From Bacteroidota bacterium (lineage in GTDB: Bacteria; Bacteroidota; Bacteroidia; Bacteroidales; WCHB1-69), in the NCBI GenBank assembly GCA_017860455.1, contig JAGDMF010000002.1, forward strand, positions 51,814 through 115,813: a DNA stretch of 64,000 bases. Reading direction: 5' to 3'. The position numbers and the translations under genes are program-made. A model generated the notes under the pieces. The model saw nothing but the letters and a program-made list of their open reading frames with translations, did not search any database and was not told where the DNA came from. Below, one piece after another: positions 10,002 through 18,854 of the stretch. Each line of letters opens with the position of its first letter. Position 1 is the stretch's first letter.

Positions 10002-10182
10002 TTCGCATTAGGGATGTGGAGGGCACCGAAGGTGGTGCGAGCTGGAACGAGCGCCGCTTCTCATTTGATATTTGGAAGAAGTTAGTTTAAGTGAAGTGCA
10101 GCGAAGCACGGAAGCGAAGCGGACCCCGGAACAAGCCCGACGGCGTGGGTGGAATTGTGGGTTGGGAAAGCCGGAATGCCCT
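10002..10182 (+). ncRNA. GC-rich structured repeat/RNA element, copy 1 (resembles the Flavo-1 motif)
   Basis: Starts gcattaggg, ends ..gcccgac..ggaatgccct; terminal GCATT/AATGC pairing; GC-rich island in AT-rich intergenic DNA; relatives at 55955 and 57730. Confidence 0.5.
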
Positions 10183-10222
10183 GATTAATAAGCTAATGTG
10201 ATAATGAGATAATAAGCTAATT

Positions 10223-10257
10223 AGGCGAAGGGCAAAGGGCGAAAGGCGAAGGGTGAA
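10223..10257. repeat. 7-bp tandem repeat (ggcgaag)n
   Basis: aggcgaagggcaaagggcgaaaggcgaagggtgaa; the reverse complement family is at 63471-63517. Confidence 0.75.
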
Positions 10258-10449
10258 AACCTTTATTTATCATTTTTCATTTTTAATTATCTCATTTGCT
10301 TATTAACTCATTAGCTCATTAATTTTCCGTACTTTTGCCAAATATTTGAAATAGTCCGCTGATTTTCAAAACTATTTCAAATTCAATTAATGATTATTCC
10401 TACATGACAAGTTTTGTTGACAATATTGGGTAGGAAAAAAAGTGTAAGA

Positions 10450-11721
10450 ATGCAATTTAAAGAATTAGGAATTATTGAGCCGATCCTTAAGGCTCTTCAA
10501 GAGGAGAACTACTCAGAACCAACATCCATACAGGAAAAAGCGATCCCTGTCATATTAACCAAAAGAGATGTATTAGGCAGTGCACAAACCGGAACCGGTA
10601 AAACGGCAGCGTTTGCAATCCCTATTTTGCAGCATCTGTATTTAGATCGTCAAAAAAACCATGGCCCTAAGAAAATAAAGGCATTGGTGATCACTCCAAC
10701 CCGTGAGTTAGCGATTCAGATTGGGGAGAGTTTCTCCGTTTATGGAAGACACACCGGCATCAAAAATACTGTGATTTTTGGGGGAGTGACTCAAGGAAAA
10801 CAAACAACAGCCTTAAACCATGGTATCGACATCCTGGTTGCCACACCGGGAAGATTGTTAGATCTTTATAATCAAGGATTTGTGAAACTTAAAGATATCG
10901 AATACTTCGTGTTGGATGAAGCTGACAGAATGTTGGATATGGGATTTATTCATGATATCAAAAGGATTATCACCCTTTTACCTCATCAACGTCAATCGCT
11001 GTTCTTCTCTGCAACTATGCCTCAGAGTATAGTGGAATTATCTCAGAAAATCATACACAATCCGGCAAAAATAAGTGTTACGCCAATTTCCTCCACCGCT
11101 GAAACGATCAACCAATATCTATATTATACCAACAAATCTACTAAAAGGGAATTATTGTTGTATATCCTGGATAAACATAAAATTAATCAGGTTTTAGTCT
11201 TCACTAAAACCAAACATGGAGCTGATAAAATTGTCACCTATCTCAAATCCAAGAAGATAGATTGTGCTGCGATCCATGGTGATAAGGCACAAAATCAGCG
11301 TCAAAAAGCACTTTCTCAGTTTAAAGATGGAGAGATTCAGGTGTTGGTTGCTACAGATATTGCTGCTCGGGGAATTGACATTGATAAACTCAAGTTTGTG
11401 ATCAATTATGATATCCCCAACATCTCCGAAACCTACGTACATAGGATAGGTAGATCAGGGCGTGCAGGAGATGAGGGCAATTCAATCTCTATCTGTGAAC
11501 CTGAAGAAAACAGCTTTGTAAAAGATATCGAAAAACTGATCCGTTTAAAAATTGATGTGATCAAGGATCATCCATTTCCACAGACAGATGCTCCGATGAC
11601 AACTGCAGAAAAGCGAATTTTTGAAAAAGAGAAGGTTGAGAAGAAAAAGGAGTTTTTCGCAAATAAAAACAAAAAACAGGCTCGTCCTGCTAATCCAAAG
11701 TTTTCCCGTAATCGGAAGTAA
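10450..11721 (+). CDS. DEAD-box RNA helicase (RhlE-like)
   Basis: Q motif, AQTGTGKT, PTRELA, TPGR, DEAD, SAT, ARGID, HRIGRSGR; ATG at 10450. Confidence 0.95.
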   Translation: MQFKELGIIEPILKALQEENYSEPTSIQEKAIPVILTKRDVLGSAQTGTGKTAAFAIPILQHLYLDRQKNHGPKKIKALVITPTRELAIQIGESFSVYGRHTGIKNTVIFGGVTQGKQTTALNHGIDILVATPGRLLDLYNQGFVKLKDIEYFVLDEADRMLDMGFIHDIKRIITLLPHQRQSLFFSATMPQSIVELSQKIIHNPAKISVTPISSTAETINQYLYYTNKSTKRELLLYILDKHKINQVLVFTKTKHGADKIVTYLKSKKIDCAAIHGDKAQNQRQKALSQFKDGEIQVLVATDIAARGIDIDKLKFVINYDIPNISETYVHRIGRSGRAGDEGNSISICEPEENSFVKDIEKLIRLKIDVIKDHPFPQTDAPMTTAEKRIFEKEKVEKKKEFFANKNKKQARPANPKFSRNRK

Positions 11722-11770
11722 TTTTAAAATTATTTTTTTTAATTAACATATTATCTGTATTCCTTAAAAT

Positions 11771-11868
11771 TAATGGAACGCGGATGACGTGGGTGCTTTG
11801 TTTGAAAATCCGTTTGATCCGCGTTCCAATAAATCAGATGGAACGCGGATGAAGTGGGTGCTTCAAAA
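11771..11868. repeat. Inverted-repeat cassette of the ggaacgcggat family between convergent genes
   Basis: atggaacgcggatgacgtgggtgc..gaaaatccgtttgatccgcgttcc plus a second left arm abutting the selO stop. Confidence 0.8.
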
Positions 11869-13332
11869 TCAGGTTCCGCAATAGGTTTTGTAGTCGGTTC
11901 GGAAATCCTCGATACCATGAAGATAGCGGTTATCAACATCCTGCAATTCGTAGGGGTTTTTAAGAATTTGTAACCATAATTTCAAATCGCTTAAATCACC
12001 TTTCACTGCCTGATCTAACACTTGTTCAACGATATGATTTCTGGGAATGTAGATTGGATTTTGGGTTTTCATCAATGATTTTGCTGCCTCAAATCCACCT
12101 TTTTGATTGTATATCCTACTTTTCCATTGTTCAACCCAACTGATTCCGGATTCTGAATGAATTGGGTGTAACGGGAATAAATCGGGACGTAATAACGCTA
12201 TAAAACTATTTGTATAATCCGCTTTATTGGTATGAATCCATTGTAAAAATGAGTCAATAAATGGTTTATCACTTTTCTGAGGGTCAACAAACCCTAGTTT
12301 TTTAGAGATCATTTGATCCCATTTTTCTAAAAATTGGTTCTGTAATGTGTGAAGCACCTCTTTCACAATCACAACACTTTGGTAAGGATCTTTATGAATA
12401 AGAGGTTGTAAAGTATCTCCTAAGACTGAAAGATTCCAGAAGACGATATTGGTCTGATTCTCAAAAGAATAACGACCATACTGATCAATAGAACTATACA
12501 CCGTTCTTGGATTATAGTTATTCATAAATGCACAGGGACCATAATCAAAAGTCTCCCCTGAAATACTAGTATTATCGGTATTCATCACTCCATGAATAAA
12601 CCCAACACGCATCCAATCCAGTATTAAATCGATCTGTTTTAGAGCGACCGCTTTTAGGAGTTCCAATGGGGGATTTTCTGAATTCTGTAATTCAGAATAA
12701 TGGCGTTGGATCACATAGTGGGTTAGTTTTTCCAGATCTTGTCGTGTACCATAGTGAGCAGCATACTCAAAAGTTCCGATTCTGATATGGCTTTTCATTA
12801 CCCGAGTTAAAACAGCTCCCTGATGAGTCTCTTCTCTTTGCACCTCATCCTGAGATGCCACTACTGCTAATGATCTGGAAGTGGGAATATTCAGATAAAA
12901 CATCGCTTCACTCATTAAATACTCTCTCAACATGGCCCTTAAAGTAGCTTTACCATCTCCTCTTCGGGAATAGGGTGTTCTCCCGGAACCTTTGAGTTGA
13001 ATATCAAAACGTTTTCCGGCTGGAGTGATCTGTTCACCCAATAAAATGGCTCTGCCGTCACCCAGCATGGTAAAATGTCCATATTGGTGGCCTGCGTAAG
13101 CCTGAGCAATCGGCTGCGCACCCTCAGGCGTTAAATTTCCGGAAAGTTCTAGGGTAGTTTGATCCATATTTTTATCCAGAAACTCTAATCCCAGTGAATT
13201 TGCCAAAGGCGTATTAAAAAGTACCATTTGGGGTGAATTCACCATTGAGGGATTTTGAAAACTATAAAAAATGGGGGGCAATGTCAGATAGGAGTTATCA
13301 AATTGCCATTTGGGGGATCTATTTGTTGTCAT
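11869..13332 (-). CDS. selO: Protein adenylyltransferase SelO (YdiU family)
   Basis: YAGHQYG, LGDGRA, QLKGSG.TPYSRRGDG, REYL.SE, HGVMNTDN, DYGP, C-terminal CGT. Confidence 0.93.
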   Translation of the reverse strand: MTTNRSPKWQFDNSYLTLPPIFYSFQNPSMVNSPQMVLFNTPLANSLGLEFLDKNMDQTTLELSGNLTPEGAQPIAQAYAGHQYGHFTMLGDGRAILLGEQITPAGKRFDIQLKGSGRTPYSRRGDGKATLRAMLREYLMSEAMFYLNIPTSRSLAVVASQDEVQREETHQGAVLTRVMKSHIRIGTFEYAAHYGTRQDLEKLTHYVIQRHYSELQNSENPPLELLKAVALKQIDLILDWMRVGFIHGVMNTDNTSISGETFDYGPCAFMNNYNPRTVYSSIDQYGRYSFENQTNIVFWNLSVLGDTLQPLIHKDPYQSVVIVKEVLHTLQNQFLEKWDQMISKKLGFVDPQKSDKPFIDSFLQWIHTNKADYTNSFIALLRPDLFPLHPIHSESGISWVEQWKSRIYNQKGGFEAAKSLMKTQNPIYIPRNHIVEQVLDQAVKGDLSDLKLWLQILKNPYELQDVDNRYLHGIEDFRTDYKTYCGT

Positions 13333-13408
13333 ATTTGTTTTCAGTTATATAAATTGTTGACTCATTTTTTGAAAAAAGGTTATTTTGAAAAGAAATTTGA
13401 AATTATTA

Positions 13409-13667
13409 ATAGAACACTAATGACACAGATTGAACAGATGACCACAGATTAACTATAATCTTAATATTCTATTTTATCTTAAAACAAATTTGTTGTCTTT
13501 ATAAATCACAGATAATCAAAGTGTAAAAAATGGTTTCACAGTGTTTACTGTTGAAAATTCAAACTGAAATAAAACTGTCTAACTTTGTGAAAACTTTGCG
13601 AAACTTAGTGTCCCAAAAAGAATCCGTGTAAATCCGCGTTTGAAAATCTGTGTCATCAGTGTTCTAT
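13409..13667. repeat. Inverted-repeat cassette (atagaacact.atgacacagatt arms) without a gene
   Basis: Left atagaacactaatgacacagatt and right aatctgtgtcatcagtgttctat match 22/23 as inverted repeats; inner 9-nt periodic acagat/acggat units. Confidence 0.8.
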
Positions 13668-13782
13668 AAGGCTAAAGGCAAATAATTTAATGTGAAATAT
13701 AATTACTTTTAAAATAAAATAATTATCCTCTTGCATTTTAAGCATATGTTCATTATCTTTGCAGCGAACAAATGTTTACATT

Positions 13783-14208
13783 ATGTCACCACGAAAATTA
13801 ATACCTCGTAAAATTTCATCAACACCAAAAATCAAAGGATTTAAACCTTATGGAGTTTCTGAAGACCTTGAGAATTTGGAAGTGATTGCCTTACATTTTG
13901 AAGAATACGAAGCTCTGAAAATGTGTGATTATGATCTTTTAAATCATTGTGATGCTGCGGAAATTATGAATATTTCGCGCCCTACATTTACCAGAATATA
14001 TGCCATTGCCAGACAAAAAGTGGCCAAAGCGCTTGTGGAAGGTTCTCAAATTTGTATAGAAGGAGGAGAAAATTACTTTGATAGCGACTGGTATCAGTGT
14101 TCTTCTTGTCCATCTTTATTCGACAATCCGAACAAAGATACAGAATCGGATATTTGTCCCATTTGTTGTTGTAAAAAAATTCGGAGATTTAATAATGGAC
14201 AAGAATGA
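13783..14208 (+). CDS. DUF134-family HTH DNA-binding protein with a C-terminal Cys (zinc-ribbon) motif
   Basis: FKP.G, EEYEAL...DY, AA..M.ISRPTF.RI...AR.K.A.ALVEG, CxxC...CPxC. Confidence 0.88.
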   Translation: MSPRKLIPRKISSTPKIKGFKPYGVSEDLENLEVIALHFEEYEALKMCDYDLLNHCDAAEIMNISRPTFTRIYAIARQKVAKALVEGSQICIEGGENYFDSDWYQCSSCPSLFDNPNKDTESDICPICCCKKIRRFNNGQE

Positions 14209-14254
14209 AATAAAAATTGCATAAAATTTTATAAACCATAAAAATTAAAATAGG

Positions 14255-14632
14255 ATGAAAATTGCTGTACCAGTTACTCAAAGTAACGAAATTGATGCTC
14301 ATTTTGGACATTGTTCTTTTTACAATGTTTACACCATTTCCAATCAACAAATTACAGATATTGAAAAGATTGATTCTCCACAAGGTTGTGGTTGTAAATC
14401 TAATATTGCCAATGCATTAGCTTCCAAGGGAGTTACACTGATGTTAGCCGGGGGAATTGGAGAGGGAGCAATGAACGTTTTATATTTCTCTGGAATTGAA
14501 GTTATCAGAGGGTGTAGTGGAAATGCCACTGAAGTTGTAAAACTTTATATTGAAGGTTCTATTCAGGATAGTGGCTCCTCTTGCCAACATCACCACGGGC
14601 ATGGAGATCATGAACATAGTTGTCAACATTAA
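14255..14632 (+). CDS. NifB/NifX-family (dinitrogenase FeMo-cofactor domain) protein with a His-rich tail
   Basis: MKIAVP, HFGHC, GCGCK, GGIG.GA, HHHGHGDHEH. Confidence 0.88.
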   Translation: MKIAVPVTQSNEIDAHFGHCSFYNVYTISNQQITDIEKIDSPQGCGCKSNIANALASKGVTLMLAGGIGEGAMNVLYFSGIEVIRGCSGNATEVVKLYIEGSIQDSGSSCQHHHGHGDHEHSCQH

Positions 14633-14646
14633 AAAATAAATACGAT

Positions 14647-15444
14647 ATGGACTTATTAAATCCAAAGATTAATCTCGATAATGTAAAACACGTTATCATT
14701 GTAGCTTCCGGTAAAGGGGGCGTTGGTAAATCTACCGTTTCCGTTAACTTAGCGATCTCGTTAGCGCGACAAGGACAAAAAGTAGCTCTTGTTGATGCTG
14801 ATTTATATGGTCCTTCCATTCCTAAAATGATGGGCGTTGAGGATATTCAACCTGAAGTGACCATGATTGGCGATAAAGAGGTGTTTTTCCCTGTTGAAAG
14901 ATATGGAATCAAAATGATTTCGATAGGATTCTTTGTATCGAAAGAGCGTCCTTTGATCTGGAGAGGCCCGATGGCTTCAACTGCTATTACGCAACTATTA
15001 GAAAATACCGAATGGGGAGAGATTGATTTTATGATCATCGATTTTCCTCCGGGAACAGGAGATATTCAGTTAACAGCAATCCAAAAACTGAATCTTTCAG
15101 GTGCAATCATTGTTACCACCCCTCAGGAGATTGCAGTTAACGATGCGCGCAAAGCAGCATCTATGTTTGAAGACCCTCATATGAATGTTCCTGTATTAGG
15201 TATTGTCGAAAACATGTCATGGTTCTCCCCTGCTCCCCATCCTGATGAAAAATATTTCATCTTTGGTAATGGTGGCGGCAAAATGTTAGCGGAAGAATAC
15301 CATACAAAACTATTAGGACAAATCCCATTGGTTATGGAAGTGGGCGAAATGGCAGAAAAAGGATTATCCATTTTCAATCAAAGCGACAAGATTGTTGTTG
15401 ATGAGTTTGAAAAAATGGCACAAATCCTTCTAAATTCTTTCTAA
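14647..15444 (+). CDS. mrp: Mrp/ApbC/NBP35 Fe-S cluster carrier ATPase
   Basis: SGKGGVGKST, DADLYGPS, WRGPM, DFPPGTGD, VTTPQ, VENMS. Confidence 0.92.
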   Translation: MDLLNPKINLDNVKHVIIVASGKGGVGKSTVSVNLAISLARQGQKVALVDADLYGPSIPKMMGVEDIQPEVTMIGDKEVFFPVERYGIKMISIGFFVSKERPLIWRGPMASTAITQLLENTEWGEIDFMIIDFPPGTGDIQLTAIQKLNLSGAIIVTTPQEIAVNDARKAASMFEDPHMNVPVLGIVENMSWFSPAPHPDEKYFIFGNGGGKMLAEEYHTKLLGQIPLVMEVGEMAEKGLSIFNQSDKIVVDEFEKMAQILLNSF

Positions 15445-15535
15445 AAAACAAGAATTATTATGAAATAATTGGATTAAAAGTTCATTACAAATGATTTTAT
15501 TCAATTATTTTTCAATACTTTATAAATTTTTTAAT

Positions 15536-15571
15536 AAATTTCCATTGGAATTATTTTCCATTGGAAATTTT
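15536..15571. promoter_or_regulatory. Tandem palindromic operator (tttccattggaa x2) just upstream of a -7 element
   Basis: aaatttccattggaatta and ttttccattggaaattt immediately before tatctttg; the operon ends in a MarR regulator gene. Confidence 0.55.
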
Positions 15572-15603
15572 TATTATCTTTGCATCGTCAAACTGATTAA
15601 AAA

Positions 15604-15849
15604 ATGAACTCAAAAATTAAAAACTTATTCCATAAAAACAAGCTCACTTTATTGGGTGTTCTGGTTGGAGCAATCGGAGGTTATCTATACTACCGGTTTG
15701 TTGGGTGTGAATCAGGAGCATGTGCTATCACTTCCAGTCCTATCAACAGTACCATATATGGAATGTTACTAGGTGGATTACTTTTCAACATGTTTAAGAA
15801 AGAAAACAAAGAAACTACAACATCTCAAAACAACAAATCCGATGAATAA
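15604..15849 (+). CDS. Small membrane protein (DUF6132-like)
   Basis: GAIGGYLYY.FVGC..G.C.ITS.P..ST.YG motif. Confidence 0.8.
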   Translation: MNSKIKNLFHKNKLTLLGVLVGAIGGYLYYRFVGCESGACAITSSPINSTIYGMLLGGLLFNMFKKENKETTTSQNNKSDE

Positions 15850-16081
15850 CATATTCAAGAACTGGCATTTTACAAGAATCATCCGATTAATAGCCGGGAT
15901 AGGATCATTAATCTACGGTATTACTACCCACGATCAAATTTTTCTGATTATTGCTGCTTTATTTTTAGTTCAATCATTTTTCAATTTATCCTGTTGTGGT
16001 GCCAATGGCTGTACTACAACTAAATCATCAGATAACAAACAAGTATACAAAGATATTATAAAACCTTTAAAATTAAAATAA
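15842..16081 (+). CDS. Small membrane protein with a CCG..GC motif
   Basis: ATG at 15842 overlaps the previous stop; W.F.RIIRL..G, two TM helices. Confidence 0.7.
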   Translation: MNNIFKNWHFTRIIRLIAGIGSLIYGITTHDQIFLIIAALFLVQSFFNLSCCGANGCTTTKSSDNKQVYKDIIKPLKLK

Positions 16082-16085
16082 TACA

Positions 16086-16448
16086 ATGAAAGCAATTCAA
16101 TTAACCAAAGCTGACTTTTTAAAAAGAGTCGTTGACTATGAAAACTCTCCTTCCGAATGGAACTATTTAGGGGACAAACCTGCCATTATAGATTTTTATG
16201 CTGACTGGTGCGGACCATGCAAACAAGTTGGCCCAATTTTAGAAGAGTTAGCAGAAGAATATGAAGGCAAACTTTATATTTACAAAATCAACACTGATGT
16301 TGAACAAGAATTAGCTGGAGCATTTGGTATTCAAAGCATTCCTACTCTTCTTTTTGTTCCTCTGAATGAGCAACCACAAATGGCTATGGGAGCACTTCCC
16401 AAAAGCACGCTAAAAGATGTGATTACAAACGTTTTATCTGTTAAATAA
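16086..16448 (+). CDS. trxA: Thioredoxin
   Basis: DFYADWCGPCK, FGIQSIPTL. Confidence 0.95.
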   Translation: MKAIQLTKADFLKRVVDYENSPSEWNYLGDKPAIIDFYADWCGPCKQVGPILEELAEEYEGKLYIYKINTDVEQELAGAFGIQSIPTLLFVPLNEQPQMAMGALPKSTLKDVITNVLSVK

Positions 16449-16467
16449 ATTATTAGGGATTCTTTAC

Positions 16468-16839
16468 ATGAAAACACTCTGTAGAATAAGGGATATTTAT
16501 CGGGCTATTTCTGAATTTGAAGTACAATTTCAGCACGAGCATAATCTTAATTTGAATGAAGGTATGTTACTGTGCAGTCTGCACACTAATGGGGTCTTAT
16601 CTTCGGGAGAGATTGCAAATGTGTTGGGTCTTACACCTTCAAATGCCTCCAAAGTGATCACATCTACTGAAAAAAAGGGGCTTATAAAGAGAGAGTTTGG
16701 TAATGCTGATAAACGTCAGATGTACTTTTCACTTACAAAAGCAGGGGAACAATCCATCACGGCTATTGAATGTGATAAAGTAAAAATTCCTGAGATGTTA
16801 GAAACTTTCATCGAAATGGAAGACGCTGATTTGAAATAG
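16468..16839 (+). CDS. MarR-family transcriptional regulator
   Basis: Winged HTH; LTPSNASKVI...EKKGLI.R...DKR.MYFSLT..G. Confidence 0.9.
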   Translation: MKTLCRIRDIYRAISEFEVQFQHEHNLNLNEGMLLCSLHTNGVLSSGEIANVLGLTPSNASKVITSTEKKGLIKREFGNADKRQMYFSLTKAGEQSITAIECDKVKIPEMLETFIEMEDADLK

Positions 16840-16862
16840 AAACCTTATTTTACCATCTTTAT

Positions 16863-16898
16863 AATGACCGTCATAACCATGAACGGTCATTTTTTTTG
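16863..16898. terminator. Hairpin between the convergent MarR and S41 genes
   Basis: aatgaccgt...acggtcattttttt. Confidence 0.55.
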
Positions 16899-17903
16899 AG
16901 TCATCGTATGAATTTCTCTAACTGCAGCGTCAATAATTTCATCTTTAGTCATATCATTCCAGTTAAAATATGCTGTAATATCGGGTGGAACGCCCGCTTC
17001 TGCATAATTATTACCATTCAGATCAAGTAATTGAGAAACACTAAAACGATAAAACCAACCATTTGGAAGTTGACCGCCATTAGGTATTCCGCCACCTCCA
17101 CCGGTATAATCTCCTACTAATTTAATTTGGTCAAAAGCTTTAGTGATAACTGAGAAGAAAGTTGAGGCACTATAAGAATACCTATCAATTAAGACCATAA
17201 CCGGTTTTGTATAAATTGTTCCGGTTCCTCTCAAGACTTGAATGGGTTCTTTTTCTCCAAAATCATCATGATGGGGCCCATTTCTATTTATGGAATAAGC
17301 CACCAGTTTAGATTCACTACAAAAAGCTTCTAAAATGATAAAAATATTACTTATAGAACCTCCCCCATTGGCTCTTAAATCTAGAATCAGTCCGTCTGTA
17401 TTTTGGTAATATTGAGTTAAATAGTTCATCTGATCAGGGGTTACTTCAGACATAAAACTATCGTATCTAATATAACCAATCCTTCCATTATCAATAAAAT
17501 CATGATGAAAAGGACCAAAAGTTTTAAAGTTGGGAATATAATAGCGGTTAACAACATGTTCACTATAGTTGGAATTGTTTTGAATTCTAATATTATATCT
17601 TGAAATATTAAATGGAGAGATCAAATTGGAATGATCATCACGAAGTTCATCCATCATATTACCCAAAACATCAAAGAGTTGTTCCTCAGACATACCTTCA
17701 AATATTTGTGCCCGATAGGTCTCTCTAATCTGATCCCAATTAATATTTTTGTATTCAAAGTAACTATATTTCTGATCGATTTGATTCCACAGGTAATCAA
17801 AATTAACAAAAGGATCCGTACTGGCTTTATTTTCATCAAACAATAATTTCTCGCATGAAGAAAACAAAATGATAAGAGTTAGGAATAAAAATATTTTTTT
17901 CAT
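16887..17903 (-). CDS. S41-family peptidase lipoprotein
   Basis: Lipobox FSSC, L.DDH, ILDLRANGGG, SYSA, GDYTGGG, GVPPD. Confidence 0.9.
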   Translation of the reverse strand: MKKIFLFLTLIILFSSCEKLLFDENKASTDPFVNFDYLWNQIDQKYSYFEYKNINWDQIRETYRAQIFEGMSEEQLFDVLGNMMDELRDDHSNLISPFNISRYNIRIQNNSNYSEHVVNRYYIPNFKTFGPFHHDFIDNGRIGYIRYDSFMSEVTPDQMNYLTQYYQNTDGLILDLRANGGGSISNIFIILEAFCSESKLVAYSINRNGPHHDDFGEKEPIQVLRGTGTIYTKPVMVLIDRYSYSASTFFSVITKAFDQIKLVGDYTGGGGGIPNGGQLPNGWFYRFSVSQLLDLNGNNYAEAGVPPDITAYFNWNDMTKDEIIDAAVREIHTMTQKK

Positions 17904-17905
17904 GA

Positions 17906-18772
17906 TTATCTTTTCTTATTGTTGATTAAAATAGTGTATTGCAATTTATGGGTTGCCATATCGAAAGGTTCAAAAGAGCCGGGGGCATGAGCTACATCCC
18001 AAATATAGGAAATTCTTCTTCCGTTACCTGAAGGATAAAACCAGGTATAATCAATTTGGGTTCCTATTCTCCAACCATTTAGTTTCCATTTATATTCTTT
18101 TAACAATTTATCTAAAGATAAGGCTGTTCCGTATATGGCTCCCAAATAAACGTAGTTATAGGTGGAAGGTCTGGAATTAAAGTTTAATACTCCGATATTC
18201 ATTTGAAATGAAAGCATCCTTTTACCCGGTTTTTTAGTTCCTTTTATAAACCAGCATTTAAAAGGTTTTGGTTGACTTACAGAAAGATCCCGGGATATTT
18301 TTCCAACCAACATCAAATTTGTAAAAGCTTCATAACCCACCTGAGCATTTTGCAAGGAACTATTTATTCTTAAATTCTGAGTCATGAGTAGAGCTCCCCC
18401 AACCTTAAGATTCCATTTTGGACTTTTTAAAACAGGTAAATTACGCAAAAAATGGTAATAACCATTAAATTGAAAAAATTGTTCATCCCACATATAGATA
18501 CCACCATCCAGGTCAAACCGATTTTCGGTATTGTCAGTATGATAAATCCCGGAAAAGGTAATTCCTAAACCCGGTAATTCATAAAACAATGGAGAAGTGG
18601 AAAAGTCCCTATAAACACCACTCCCTGTGTGAATGGATAACCCCATTAATTTTCTGGATTCATTGAAAATGGTAGGTTCGTTTTGTGCAACCAACTTATA
18701 ACCAAACAGGTTAATAAAGATAAACAATAATTGAAACCCTAAAAACGTTCGTTTACTCTGAAATTTTAACAT
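17906..18772 (-). CDS. Hypothetical outer-membrane protein paired with the S41 peptidase
   Basis: Signal peptide, YRDFSTSPLFY motif, beta-strand pattern. Confidence 0.65.
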   Translation of the reverse strand: MLKFQSKRTFLGFQLLFIFINLFGYKLVAQNEPTIFNESRKLMGLSIHTGSGVYRDFSTSPLFYELPGLGITFSGIYHTDNTENRFDLDGGIYMWDEQFFQFNGYYHFLRNLPVLKSPKWNLKVGGALLMTQNLRINSSLQNAQVGYEAFTNLMLVGKISRDLSVSQPKPFKCWFIKGTKKPGKRMLSFQMNIGVLNFNSRPSTYNYVYLGAIYGTALSLDKLLKEYKWKLNGWRIGTQIDYTWFYPSGNGRRISYIWDVAHAPGSFEPFDMATHKLQYTILINNKKR

Positions 18773-18854
18773 TATACTGAATTTTAAGTCTAATAGGCAA
18801 AAATAACATTTTTTTCCATTAGTATAAAATTTTATCTTTGCAAAAATAAATTGA

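Noticed and set aside
10002-10182. tRNA, tmRNA or RNase P in the GC-rich intergenic patch
   Set aside because: No cloverleaf/T-loop or RNase P consensus could be identified; treated as a repeated structured element.
11869-11880. Selenocysteine read-through at the selO TGA
   Set aside because: CGT-stop is a normal bacterial SelO ending; the downstream structure belongs to the dispersed IR cassette family rather than a SECIS.
14255-14632. Nitrogen fixation gene cluster
   Set aside because: Only a stand-alone NifB/NifX-family domain; no nifHDK in the window.
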